A stretch of DNA of 63,867 nucleotides, filler included, from Craspedostauros australis (GCA_030167865.1; 12 parts of 12 records of this genome joined end to end with filler, not necessarily neighbours in it), one strand, 5' to 3'. Counted from the whole stretch's first letter, positions 38,997-51,354 are shown. A program made the numbers and translations. Notes: a model not told the origin generated them from the sequence alone.

Positions 38997-39448
38997 AGTC
39001 CATCGAGTCGTCTCGGTACCCGTGACTGGGGACTCGGTGGAAGATACCAATCAACAAATGGCGCCAACAACAAGTTCGCGCCGAAAAACACAACTCCTCC
39101 ATCATCATACGACTTCTGCCATGTTCATTGAAGCTTCAGATCCTCAGACGATGATGCAACATCTTCAAGCATCGTCATCCTTCGTTCGGTCAGCAGATCG
39201 ACGACGTCAGAGTCATCGGTCATCCTGTTCGATCACCGCTCTACTAAAACTGAGAGCCTGCATCTCGTGCTTCCGCACGATGCATGCATGCCCTCGTTCA
39301 ATCTCGCACTGCAGTAGAAGACGCAAGTCATGTATTCATAAATCAGCCTTTCACACTATTACAAGACAAACAGCGTTACTGTGTTGTAAATTATTGCTGA
39401 GCGCAGTAGTACGTACGCATACGCATATGGTGCACCCGATCCTTCCAC

Positions 39449-40915
39449 TCATCCATCCCACATGACGTCCGACAAGCCCCGTTCTTTCACATACTGATCG
39501 ATGCAGGGTGTGCCGCAACCCATGTCAACCCACATGCAATCCAACTGATTGGCGGCACCAGTGAGCCGCTCCCCCGCAACCGAACAAGGAAAGACGGCGG
39601 TGTGGGCACAGCGATCTTGAATGTCGCGCAACGCATGACGCAACCGCATAACGGCAGAATCGACGCGTTTGCGTCCGATCTTCTCGATGGTGCGATCGAG
39701 GCTCTGATTGGCGACCTCGTGCAGCAATCGATCCCATCGTGACATCTCGTGCCATGTGGTGTTGTGTTGGAAGAAGTCGCGCATTCCCGGCGTGACGAAG
39801 CTAGGGATGATGTGGAAACACTTGTATTGGAAACGGCCGTCGTCGAATCCGCCGCTGACCTTGGCGCTGAGGAAGAGGATGTCGTCGAGGGGGAGATTCA
39901 AGAGGTACTGCAGCACGACAAGGGACTCCTCCATGCGTTCCGTGATCGCGATGAAGTCGAAATCCTCTATGATGGCGCCGACGGTGTAAGCGTTCGGGTT
40001 GATGGACCTTTCCTCGATATGTGGCGGCACCGCTGGTTGTCGATGCCGCAGCAATCGCAGATAGACACTCTTGAACTTCAGCGGATTCTTTATGATGGTG
40101 TCTTGGAAGTTTGCATCCGACGGTTCCACCTTGCCTCTGGAGACATGGAAATGAAAGAACTGGCTGATGGCACGCTTGGTGGGGTTCCGTATGACCGTCC
40201 ATAGAAAGGATGCTGCTTGATCGCGATTTGGGACGGTCGTGATTGCCGTGCCGTGCTCGAATCGCACCTTGCACATTGTCGGGAAGTTGGGATTGTTCTT
40301 TTCCTTGTTCTCAGGCAGACTCTGTCGCACGGCGACATTCCTGGCGATGCGTAGATGAATGCCCGCGAATGTCGTGCTGCCCGTCTTCGGAGGCCTGATG
40401 TAGAGGAGCCCATTCTTCGTTTTTGTTCGTGTTCGCCAGTTCTCTGAATCGATATCATTGTTTGGTTGGAAACATGGCAATGGCGGTAGTGCTTTTGATG
40501 ACGATGCTGCCACCGCTGGTGAAGTAGATGTCGATGGTGAAGATGATGATCTCCAATTCCCATCCCACCGTCGCTCCCATACTCTCGGCTGCAAATCATG
40601 CAGATCGAAGATCTGATTGTCATCGCTTCCCACGATGAAATCAAGATTCTCGCTTTTGGGACGTCCGCTGTTGCCCATCGCCAATGTGCTGCCTGACTTC
40701 AATCCGGATGGTTGGCTTCTTCGCTCTGCGTCGCAGGGTCCGGAGTACATCATTTGAAATCCAAAGAACTCCCATCCCACAAACAGAGTGCCGATCGCCA
40801 GCAGGATGAAGAAGTTGGTGCGTGCGTTGAAAGCACGACGCGATCGTTGCGTCGCCTCCAAAGTGCATGGAGCGCTGCCAGCCTTGCCATTGAGGCTTTG
40901 TGAGATCGATGCCAT
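39449..40915 (-). CDS. Golgi-type sulfotransferase-family type II membrane protein (~488 aa)
   Basis: TM FFILLAIGTLFVGWEFFGF, 5'-PSB loop PKTGSTT, 3'-PB IRNPTKRAISQFFHF, and FDFIAITERMEESLV. Confidence 0.85.
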   Translation of the reverse strand: MASISQSLNGKAGSAPCTLEATQRSRRAFNARTNFFILLAIGTLFVGWEFFGFQMMYSGPCDAERRSQPSGLKSGSTLAMGNSGRPKSENLDFIVGSDDNQIFDLHDLQPRVWERRWDGNWRSSSSPSTSTSPAVAASSSKALPPLPCFQPNNDIDSENWRTRTKTKNGLLYIRPPKTGSTTFAGIHLRIARNVAVRQSLPENKEKNNPNFPTMCKVRFEHGTAITTVPNRDQAASFLWTVIRNPTKRAISQFFHFHVSRGKVEPSDANFQDTIIKNPLKFKSVYLRLLRHRQPAVPPHIEERSINPNAYTVGAIIEDFDFIAITERMEESLVVLQYLLNLPLDDILFLSAKVSGGFDDGRFQYKCFHIIPSFVTPGMRDFFQHNTTWHEMSRWDRLLHEVANQSLDRTIEKIGRKRVDSAVMRLRHALRDIQDRCAHTAVFPCSVAGERLTGAANQLDCMWVDMGCGTPCIDQYVKERGLSDVMWDG

Positions 40916-41485
40916 GTCCAACGTCTGTGGAAGCAATGAGAGAATGGCGCTTGGAATAGTATCCGACAGCGATAATGGCTGTAGTGGTGGCGGCAACAAA
41001 CCGAGTCGTTGCCGTCTGCTTCTGCAATCACCCGCTGTTTATCCGTGTAAGGCTATCTCTTTGTGCAAGGATTGCGTTGTAAGGATGTATCAGGCTCTCT
41101 CCGTGATGCAATGTAGCAGCATGCAATGGCATGCAATGACATGGAAGAAGAGGTTGCGAAGGAATACGAGCCCCCCGAGTGAGTCGATCAAGACTTTGAA
41201 ATAGACCTCGCAACTTTTTTCCTGCGATTTCAAAACTAAGTACATATTCCCAATCCTCGTAGATCTAAAACATATACCAATCCATTCCAGATCTGAGGTT
41301 GGCCGTATTTTAAGTTTTATGGACCGATGGATGTGCGCATTTTTCGATCTCTTTCGGGTTTCAGCTGTTTGGCTACGACTACATCGATCCAACTTAACCC
41401 TTTGCTGTTCTTTGTTTCAGCAAGGTTGTTCCCATTTTGAATTGTTTAGTCTCTTTTTCAGGCGTTCCGATCAGAGCATCCAACA

Positions 41486-41585
41486 NNNNNNNNNNNNNNN
41501 NNNNNNNNNNNNNNNNNNNNNNNNNNNNNTTAATTAATTAANNNNNNNNNNNNNNNNNNNNNNNNNNNNNNNNNNNNNNNNNNNN
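41486..41585. other. Artificial contig linker
   Basis: N44-TTAATTAATTAA-N44. Confidence 0.97.
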
Positions 41586-42940
41586 GACTTTTGCTTGCGG
41601 AAAGACGATTGCATCGTATCCTCCTCATCGCGGTGCTTGTGCAGCACGCGATGCTTGGAACGCGTGGAGGTGGACACGATCTCGCTGCTGCTGTGATTGC
41701 TGTCGCGAATGGAATCGGCACGCCGACGTCTCGTGGCGCTGCGGCTGCGGTGCCTCTTGTCGCTAACGTTGTTGCTGCTGCCTTTCTTGCTTTTGGTGGG
41801 AGCGGCCTCCTGCGCCGCAGATTTGTCCGTGTCATTGCGTTTGTTGGGTTTGCGTGCGGCGGATCGATGGCGCGATCGCGTGGATTGGTTCTTCATTTCC
41901 GTGCTCTCGCGAGATGAAGATTTCTTCGCGCGGGAGGATTTCGGCTTCGACATATCCATAACATCGCTCTTTGACGGAGTCTTCTTCAACGATTCTCCGT
42001 TCTTGCTTTCGCGTTTGCGCGATGATCGATGCCTCGATCGAGTTGACGGTTCTGCCGTGGTGGCTGTCACGGCTGTTGTCGAAGCGTCTTGCTGCGGCTG
42101 ATCACCCACGGACAACTTGCGCGAGGATCGGTTCAGGTCACCCTTTCCGCGCGTCGAACGGTGACGTGATCGCGTGGATGGATTGGTGTCATCCATATCC
42201 TTCTTGCGCGACGATCTGTTTCTGGAACGGCTGGATGGATCTGCGGCATTGTCCAATGCCTCTTCCGCCACCTTCTTCAGGTCGCGTTGCTTCCGCGACG
42301 ACTTCTGCCGCGCCAATCTGCCAGTGCGGTTTGGCGTTGACGAGGTGGCATCCTGCGAGGCCATGCGTCCGGCAGGGTCGGGTGCGCTCTCCTTGCGCCG
42401 TGATGACCGATGACGTGACCCTGATCGCAGAGCCGCCTCCACCGCATCGGCATTGATATCAGATTTGCGCTCGTCACGATTGCTGCGGCCAACCTTGTGC
42501 TTGGAACGCGAGGATGGTTCCACCTCTTCCTCATCCTGGCTGCTGCGATGCGACGAACGAGTCTTGCGACGAGTGGATCGTTCGCCTCGTGCGGATGCCT
42601 CACGAGCGTCACTTGGATCCAGCTTCGAGGATGATCCTGTCTTCGTGCGTCTCGATCGGCCCTCCTTCTGGTGCGACGATCCCAATTCGTTCTGATCCAG
42701 TGTGTGTTGATGACGCGATGACTTGCCACCATCGTCCTTCTTGGATGTCTTGTGTCTGTTCCGCGTTGATGGCGACTTCAAATCACGATCATGGTTGGAC
42801 TTCTTTTCCAGGTCGGGAACGAGCAAGTTACCTTGGGCGCGCAGGCGACGCGACGATCCGCTCTTCTTGTGGCTTGTGCTACTGGGTGTCTGGCTGCGCG
42901 ATTGTGGGCTGAAGATGGTATCCGATTCGGACGGCGACAT
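41586..42940 (-). CDS. Disordered S/R/K-rich protein fragment with repeated STRSRHRS-like motifs
   Basis: Open frame of about 450 codons running to the contig end. No globular domain recognised. Confidence 0.6.
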
Positions 42941-43020
42941 GAGGGTGGAGAAGCTATCTGCGTGCTTCCCTCCCCTTGACGATGCGGCCGTGATGGTGCT
43001 GTTGTGAAGATCCGATGTCG

Positions 43021-43120
43021 NNNNNNNNNNNNNNNNNNNNNNNNNNNNNNNNNNNNNNNNNNNNTTAATTAATTAANNNNNNNNNNNNNNNNNNNNNNNN
43101 NNNNNNNNNNNNNNNNNNNN
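43021..43120. other. Artificial contig linker
   Basis: N44-TTAATTAATTAA-N44. Confidence 0.97.
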
Positions 43121-44232
43121 TCATTCTTCAATTTCTACTCAGTTCACCGTGTAGTGGCATGCCTTCATATTTCTGCACGATTGGATGTCTTGCCTCTTGG
43201 TGATATGCTTGTTTCTCATGCATGGTTGCTCGTTTCTCACACATGGTTGATAGGTCACATAACATAGTCATCAGACTCTATCACATGGGCTCTGAATCTC
43301 ATCATGTGATCTCCGAATCTCATCATGTGATCTTCGAATCTCATCATGTGATCTTGGTCAGTCGTATTTTGGTCCCATATCTCAATTTTCCATGTTCTTC
43401 CGAGCTCTCCATTATTTTCTACTTAGAGTCACGATCAATCACACATTCGCCAAATGACGGATCCAAGATTCTCATTTTGGACGACCGAACCCAGTCCCAC
43501 ATTTTCCAAAATAATCCGTCTGTCTCGACACCCATCCTGATTGATCATGGCTCATACTCTTGTTTCTTGTCTCCACTGCCTTACTTCATTGCTCCTTGTC
43601 GGATTGCTGGTACAAGTCTCTCATGAATGCTCTCTTTCACGTTCTTCGTCATTGGGTCAGCGTAGTTCATCTCTGATGGGACAAATCTGACTTCCATCTC
43701 TCCGCTCTGGACCATCTCCTTGATGAAATGATTCGATACATCAATGTGTTTGGTCCTGACTCCAACCTGCTGGTTCCTGGTCATGAAGATTGCGCCAGTG
43801 TTGTCTGCATGCAGCACAATGTCTGTATCCAGACCAGTCATCTCATCCAAGAGCATCTTCACGAATTTGCACTCCGTCGCACAGAGCGCCATGGACACGT
43901 ACTCTGCTTCCGTGCTCGACAAAGTCACACTCTTCTGTGTCTTCGATTGCCAGCTCACCAGACAACCGCCAACCGTCACGATGTGTCCGGATATGCTTCG
44001 ACGATTGTCCTTGTTGGTTGCGTAGTCCGAGTCGCTCCAGGCTTCGACGATCATCTTCTGCGGCTTGCGCAGCTTGATCGCGTACTTTCCTTCCTTCGCG
44101 ATCTCTGCTTCAATGTAGCCGATGACCCTTGCCATTGCTTTCCAATGTGCCTCAGTTGGGTGCTCCAGATGGGATGCAAGATCTCTGATTGCATTCGCAC
44201 ACTCTGGTCCAACCTTCTTCATCATCCACAAG
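43121..44232 (-). mobile_element. Copia RT end and RNase H (stop at 43581), plus probable PPT and 3' LTR from ~43530
   Basis: HWKAMARVIGY, WSDSDYA..RRSISG, SWQSKTQKSVTLSSTEAEY, DNTGAI, RTKHID and NYADPMTKN. AGGATGGG is followed by TGTCGAG at 43530. Confidence 0.92.
43294..43354. repeat. 21-bp tandem repeat GAATCTCATCATGTGATCTYC x3 within the putative LTR
   Basis: Direct reading. Confidence 0.9.
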
Positions 44233-44332
44233 NNNNNNNNNNNNNNNNNNNNNNNNNNNNNNNNNNNNNNNNNNNNTTAATTAATTAANNNNNNNNNNNN
44301 NNNNNNNNNNNNNNNNNNNNNNNNNNNNNNNN
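44233..44332. other. Artificial contig linker
   Basis: N44-TTAATTAATTAA-N44. Confidence 0.97.
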
Positions 44333-44513
44333 TTCAATCCCGCTCAAACTCTGAGCAGTCGGTCATTTGACTAACTAGACTAAATCTTAACACGACTAAT
44401 AGGAATACTAGTTTGAAGTAATAGCGTTCAAGCCCAGTGAACCGCATCAATCGGCCTCATCTGAAGCTGGCAGTCCACAAGGCCTACTCCGGTTCGTCTA
44501 CAAACGTGGCCGA

Positions 44514-45502
44514 ATTCCAACTATCTACATGGCCAAACACCAACTACAATATTGACTGGCGATACGACTGATATCTCTCACATTTCGGAATTCAGGTGGT
44601 TCGACTTCGTTTGGTATATGAATCTCCAAGGAGCAAATATGAACACAAAACATCTTGGTCGCTACCTCGGCCCATCAAAGGCCGTGGGTGAGGCGATGTG
44701 CTCGTACATTCTCACATCTTCTGGCGCTGTTGTTTCTAAATCCTCTGTCATTCCTTTGTCCGATGTTGACCTCAACAGTGAAGCAGTGAAGCAACAACAA
44801 TCCGACTTCATGTCCAACTTACAAAACAAATGGAAAGATCGAATGGCAGGCATCAAGCCAGGGGACGACGGAGACGACGTCGACGACACAGCTGAAGACA
44901 TTGCTTTCCTGGAACAGACTACATCATTGGAACCTTTGTTGGAGCCAGCTGACGCCGATGAAGATGCATACGATCGATACCTGTCCGCTCGAGTCAAGCT
45001 ACCTGTGGGTGATGACATCCAATTTGGTACAGTAAAGCGCCGAAAACGCGATGCAAGCGGGAAGCTGATTGGTCACTCACATTCAAATCCACTTCTTGAC
45101 ACGTCCATGTATGAGGTTGAATTTGTGGATGGACACAGCGAAGTGTTCAATGCGAATCAGATCGCAGAAAATTTCTACGCGCGAACAGATGACGACGGAT
45201 ACACAACACTCTTGATGGAGGACATCATCGACCATAAACGACTTCCTACCGCTGCAACCGCTGATGACAAGACGACCACGAAGACGACCAAGGGATGGAA
45301 GCTGTGTGTGCTATGGAAAGACGGATCTGCATCATGGATTCATTTACGAGATGCCAAGGAGGCTGATCCTGTGAAGACAGCCGAGTACGCAACCAACAAC
45401 CAGCTCACCAACGAGCCTGCCTTTCGATGGTGGGTTCCTTACACAATGAAGCGGCGTAACCGCATCCTGATGGCCAACCGCAAACGATACTTCCGACGGA
45501 AC
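44514..45502 (+). mobile_element. Diatom CoDi Copia fragment: post-integrase region with a chromodomain-like segment
   Basis: LHGQTP..LTGDTTDIS, LGRYLGPS..VGEAMCSYIL, NPLLDTSMYEVEF.DG, ANQIAEN, IIDH...TTKGWKLCVLWKDGS.SW and EPAFRWWVPY. Confidence 0.88.
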
Positions 45503-45602
45503 NNNNNNNNNNNNNNNNNNNNNNNNNNNNNNNNNNNNNNNNNNNNTTAATTAATTAANNNNNNNNNNNNNNNNNNNNNNNNNNNNNNNNNNNNNNNNNN
45601 NN
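45503..45602. other. Artificial contig linker
   Basis: N44-TTAATTAATTAA-N44. Confidence 0.97.
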
Positions 45603-46952
45603 GTACTATTTTCGCTCAGGCGGGTCTTATTCAACAAAGAAAGCTACAGTCGATTGAGTCGGACATCGCCGTCGCTCTGCTCGTGGTTTGTGCGGTATCG
45701 TCTGTCCATCGACCCTCATCGTTCGGATTCTGCCAGATTCGTGAATTGGCACTAAATCTGCACATTCAGTGGTTCGAATTTCTTAGTCATGGTAGTCGGT
45801 GCAGTTGAAGTCGTGTTTCAACATTTTTTCGTGTCTTGCGGGGCTGCGTGTCGCAGTACCCAAATTTGTGCAGATTTAGTGCCAATTCCCAAATCTGGCC
45901 GAATCCGAGCAATGAGTGTCGATGGACAGACGATACCCCACAAACCACGCGTAGGATCCACGTTGAGCAAATGACCGCTCCGCACAGTCATAATTTTCAG
46001 AACAGACAGGTTTCACCCCCCAACACCTCCGGTCACGTGAAAAACCTGCACAGAGTGTCTGTGCACGCAGACGGACATAGGCCAGACTGTGTCACAGACA
46101 ACCTCAAAACTTGTTCTGACAGCACACAGAATGACGATCGTTGTACGTGGGCTTCTGTTCGCATCGAAGGACTTCAAAACCCGAAACTCGCGCCGCCGAA
46201 AATGGGTAAGAATTGCCACCACCACAACAACAAGGCGGAAGACACCACTGAAAAAGAGATAGTGCAACAAAACCTGAGTGTTGTGCGAGACTTCTTCGTG
46301 TAGTTGCAACAGCACAAAGACGCACACACGGATTCAAACAGACACGAAGTCGAGGAGACCAAGAACAACAAGGCGCTGCTGTGAATGTGCCCGTAAATCA
46401 CTCTTTTGGGACCTTCCTTGTTCTGCACTCGCAAATGCATCCAAGAGAGCGCAGCCATCGTCGTCATCATCATCACTATCATCCACACCGACATCGTCAT
46501 CGTCATCGACGTACCCACAGCACTCAACCTTCAGAACCACCCACGCCTTCTCCATACCACACAGTCCCCATAGCGGTGTTGGTTGGTTGAGGAGCACTAG
46601 CGGAGCCGTTGAGACAAAACACGCACACACAGACACAGACTCGTACACAGACGGATTCATCGCAGGTAGCGAACAGGGCTGCTGCCACCGCACAACTCGA
46701 TAGCATACAACAGCACACGATCCAACCCTGTTCGGAGGCAACCGAAGGAATCAACGCTGAACGGAGCCTGACTGGAGTCCTCACGAAGGCACAACAAGAC
46801 AAGACAAGGTGAGCAGAATCAAACATTGTTGTTGCTATTGATGACACCAACACTCATAACAACACTCACACCAACACCACAACTCCACAGTTTCTTGTTG
46901 CTGTCGCCTTTTCGCCTCCAATCACTTCCGCCGAACGGCTGTCAACAGCAAG

Positions 46953-47641
46953 ATGGGCGACGACGCGCCGACGGCTGAAGATGATCAAAATACACTTATC
47001 GATCTCGACTCAATCTTCAACAAAAAGGAGTTCTGGGCCGACATGTCGAACTTGGATAAGGACAAGGAAGCACAAAACCATCTGGAGGAGTGCGCCACCA
47101 AGGCCCTGAGGAAGGTTGGCGTCGTCGCCCCCGATGAGACCCGCATCAAGACGACGAGCCGACAGATTCGTTCGAAATGGGACAACTGCCGCAAACACGT
47201 TTGCGTGCAGGTGCGCAAAGGCCTTACCGCTGCACAACTGTGCGGCAATGTTGAGGAATACGCCATTGATCAGAGCTCCACCTCGGTGTCAACGTGGCTC
47301 CTGACCTTCCTTCGTGGCAAGAATGCAATCCCCCAGTGCATCCTCGACGCTATCCAGGAACCCAACGACGATGATCATCTTATCGTTGACGGTAACCCAC
47401 ACCAGTCAGTTCTCAACCTGTTGAAGGAGATCCGCGGTGAAGACCCCAAGGGCTTTCGTGGTCTGAAGTACACCTCGGACATCATCCACCAAAATGAAAC
47501 TGAATTCGCACACTTCATCGGCAACCCCAACTTTCGACATGCAGGAAAGACCGACTTGATCCCCAAACAAGTCTTCATCCAAGCGCCCACACCAACAGGC
47601 ACCCACCAGGACGAGCGGGTCCATGTGTACCACGAAGAGAG
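46953..47641 (+). CDS. Hypothetical protein fragment (3' truncated), possibly element-associated
   Basis: Open frame of about 230 codons with coding-like composition. No motif recognised. Confidence 0.4.
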
Positions 47642-47741
47642 NNNNNNNNNNNNNNNNNNNNNNNNNNNNNNNNNNNNNNNNNNNNTTAATTAATTAANNN
47701 NNNNNNNNNNNNNNNNNNNNNNNNNNNNNNNNNNNNNNNNN
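47642..47741. other. Artificial contig linker
   Basis: N44-TTAATTAATTAA-N44. Confidence 0.97.
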
Positions 47742-48495
47742 GACACAAATTTGACACAACGGATTTTCGACCAAAATTTCCGTTCGGAACGGAAAAGGTA
47801 AGAAAAGTGGAGATTTCTGATTGGTTGACGGGTGTCGCTATTGTTAGAGACTTAGCGTGCGCTAATATGACGAATCACAGCATACTATTGACACAAATGT
47901 AGTTATACCGTCCAAGTGCGTATGAGAGAATAACGGGTGAACGATGCACATATACACGTACATCTCGACATCTACTCACATGTACATCTCGACAACAAGA
48001 TTTTATTCTTGGAACTGTGAGCATGAGAGAGACATGACATGATCTCATGCAATTGCAAGTGAAATTAACACGGAGACAACATGACAAATGTGTGTGTTAC
48101 TGCGTGAAGATGAGTTGCAAAAGGTCAATGAACAAAACACCGCGATACCCCGTGTTGTGAATTACGTCTTCTCACAATGTTGCTAGTAGTACGATCACAC
48201 GATTGATCGTATTCACTTGAGAAGGTCTTGGTAAGATTCGCACGTGTCACACCCAAGATCCAAGTCTGTCTTGATTGGGCAGAGTGGTTCATCTTGGCAA
48301 GAAATCAATTTCCGCGACATTTTGGATCTGTGATTGACGGGAAAACGGTTCTTGCGACGCGAAATGTGACACAAATTTGACACAACGGATTTTCGACCAA
48401 AATTTCCGTTCGGAACGGAAAAGGTAAGAAAAGTGGAGATTTCTGATTGGTCGACAGGTGTTGCTATTGTTAGAGATTTAGCGTTGCGCTAATAT
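47742..48495. repeat. ~127-bp direct repeat (47742-47868 and 48368-48495) containing two palindromes
   Basis: The copies differ by 4 substitutions and 1 indel. Each contains TTTCCGTTC-G-GAACGGAAA and TTAGCG-T(T)G-CGCTAA. Confidence 0.92.
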
Positions 48496-50194
48496 AAAAG
48501 GATGAGAAAGCTTGGTTAATTGAAGCTTCGAATGTCACCAATGCCAAATTGGTGGAGGAAGAGGGTTGGGAGTGCTCCGTTGTGAACGAACTTGGCACGA
48601 CGGTGAAGGAAGACCATGAGTAGTCATGCCAACCAGTACCAGTGGATACAAAAAGGCAAAGATGAGGCGTAAAGCCCAGAAGAGTGCGAAACAGAATGAA
48701 GCGAATGTGTTCAAAACAGCCCTTTGCAACAACCTCATTGAAACTGCTGACCACAACACGAAGTGGAAGGATACAACTGCTGCTATGGATCTTCCTCCTG
48801 TTGCAACCCCGGCTTGCACCGCAAAGAAGACTTGATCGTTTTGGCCTATCCCTGACTATGTGTTGGCAGAGCTGAACAAAATCTGTGTACTTGCTTGCCA
48901 TGACTCGAGGAACAGAATGTCAGAGTACGACGCATGCCAACAACTGATGACGATGGAATGGGTGAAAACAGACTGGTACGCTCAACTACACGTATCACCA
49001 CTGAGAGTAAAAGCATGTCTCACCATGGACTATCTCAAGTTCAAAAAAGAACAAGAAAAGAAGTCAAAAACCACTGAAACGATGGAGTGCACAATGGTAA
49101 GTATGACTGCGAGCGCCAGTGCGCAACCACCACTCCATGATTTTGGTTGCGACGAAGAAAAATGTGTACGGTGCAAAGTCAAGGAAGACGACATGTTGCA
49201 GTAAACCCACGATGATTTGCATCCACATGCGGCAAAACAAACAGTCGAAAGTGCGGAAACATTGAAGGAAAATGTGGCGTGGAAATTGTGAATCGTGTCA
49301 GAAGCAGATCGCAAGCAAGAAATAATTCAAAATGGGAACAGGTGTGACATCATCAGCGAGTTTTGGCGATGCCCAGCGAGGTCTAAGGAGGGTCTACAAC
49401 GATTAAGAACAAAAACTATCGCAAGGTCCATAACTTTTGAAACACAACTCTCCCGATTTTTAAATTAAATATCCCCTCGACAGAATTTTACGTAGATTCC
49501 GAATATGTACTTATTTTGTAATGTTTAAGTCACGATCAGGCACGACTGCACCTTCGTTCACTCGAGTGGGTCATAGACAATACCCTCCACTACAAAAGAG
49601 GGCGAACTATGTGTTCATCCCTGAAATATGCAAATCACTACATGCGAATCCTGAATGAGGTCGCGCGGAATAGGCTTGAGATTGATCGGAACCCTGTTTG
49701 GCAGTGGAGGATCTTTCCAGTACACATCAGCACCTGGAGTTGGCACCCGGACTCCTTTTACCATCAAACTGCACGCCGATTCTTGTTGCCCTTTGTGTTG
49801 CCGTCGTCTGAAGAGGCCTATTTGGAGCTTTTGGCTGATTTGGGAGTTTTGGCTGATTTTGCACTTGGGTATGTTGCCGTTCCGAGGTGCGCAGAGGGAT
49901 AAGGAAGAGGGATGCGGAGAATACGATCCAAGATGTCGGCATCATGTATGGCGTATGATTGTATGGGAGGGACATTTGTTGACGTACATAGGGCCAATCA
50001 AAGGCAAATAGAGACATTGTTAGATCAATGATTGGCACGAGGACGGGCGGGGTCGATACTGAAGAGGGAGAGGGTCGGATTGGATCTGTTGCTCGGGATG
50101 GAAGCATTGAACACAAGGATTGTGCCATGTGATGCACCCGTACAATGCATGCTGTCGCAACACAAGAAGAGTAAAGCAGAGTGCTGGTATTGAC

Positions 50195-50470
50195 TTACGC
50201 TGCCTTGGCGAACTTGCTCGAACTTGATGTAGAACCTTTCATGCTCATCTGAGCATCTTGAAGGATACGGTCCAGATGACGCATCTCCTCTTCCTTCATC
50301 CCGAGGAAATCGTTGCCCTCGGTTCCTCGTTGATGCATGGGACGCACATCGTCCTTCACTGTGATATCGACGATTGAATTGCGACGGAGTTTGGTTGCCG
50401 TAGATGCCTGGGCTTGGTGATTCGTGGCGTGAAGGCATAGCAGGCAAGCTGCGATGAGCAATGTCTTCAT
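50195..50470 (-). CDS. Small secreted protein (91 aa, or first exon) with RIL-Q..MSM and KxxK motifs
   Basis: Signal peptide MKTLLIAACLLCLHA..AQA, then KLRR and HLDRILQDAQMSMKGSTSSSSKFAKAA. The stop overlaps a GTAAGT donor-like site. Confidence 0.6.
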   Translation of the reverse strand: MKTLLIAACLLCLHATNHQAQASTATKLRRNSIVDITVKDDVRPMHQRGTEGNDFLGMKEEEMRHLDRILQDAQMSMKGSTSSSSKFAKAA

Positions 50471-51330
50471 GGTGAAGGCTGGTGTGGATGCTGCCATCTT
50501 TCGTCGAGGGTTGGTTGAAATTGATGAGAGGGAGGCGCACTGTTGCTGTTGGAATTATGGTATCGATCTCGCCATTCATGATGTCGATCCTGACCTTGGC
50601 ACTGGAACAAGCAGAAGATGGCAAGCCCGAGGATACATGATCGCACTGCGGAATCGGTTTCGTACCTCCGTTGAAAGGGCCCCAGCGCCTGAAGATTGCG
50701 CGCAGGCTTTGTACCAGAGGCCACTCACTCGCCTCCACTATGAGGAAGTCTCTGGTCGTTGCATCGACATCAAGTTGTTCTTTCGCTTGAGAATTGATCG
50801 ACCAGCGTTCGCGTCGCGGTGCTTGTAGGTCGCAGTCTGCCTGTGGAGATGCTCGCACACACCATACTCGAGTATGTGATGGATACACCGATCGTTGATG
50901 CATCAATTCGCCTTCACGCTGCGGTGCTTGTGGGTCGCACTCCCCTCCGACGAGTGTGAAGCTGCTCGTCTGTATACCATGCCATGCCATGCCATGCCAT
51001 CGTATAATGCGATGGATGCAATGATCTTTCATTTCAGAACAGTGCGACTATGCGCTTGTGATGTGCGCAGATGTTCCCATGTTGTATCGTTTCGCCATCG
51101 TCGAAATGCAGTATCCAGCCGCTGGAGGTGTCGGAGTGTCATGGTGGCTGCTCACGCGAGTTGGCGCGCTGGGGGTGGTTGAAGTAGTCGCCGGCAGCCC
51201 CGGAGGCTCGTGGAAGACGGTGTCGCAGGAGTAGGGAGTATGGAGTGCTGGTGTCACTCCTGATTAGATATTCCACTGCGACCTCTGCTGGATGTAGTAC
51301 CTACCACTGCAAGTGCAAGCCCAAATACAA

Positions 51331-51354
51331 GAGAGAGAGAGAGAGAGAGAGAGA
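51331..51354. repeat. (GA)12 microsatellite
   Basis: Direct reading. Confidence 0.95.
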
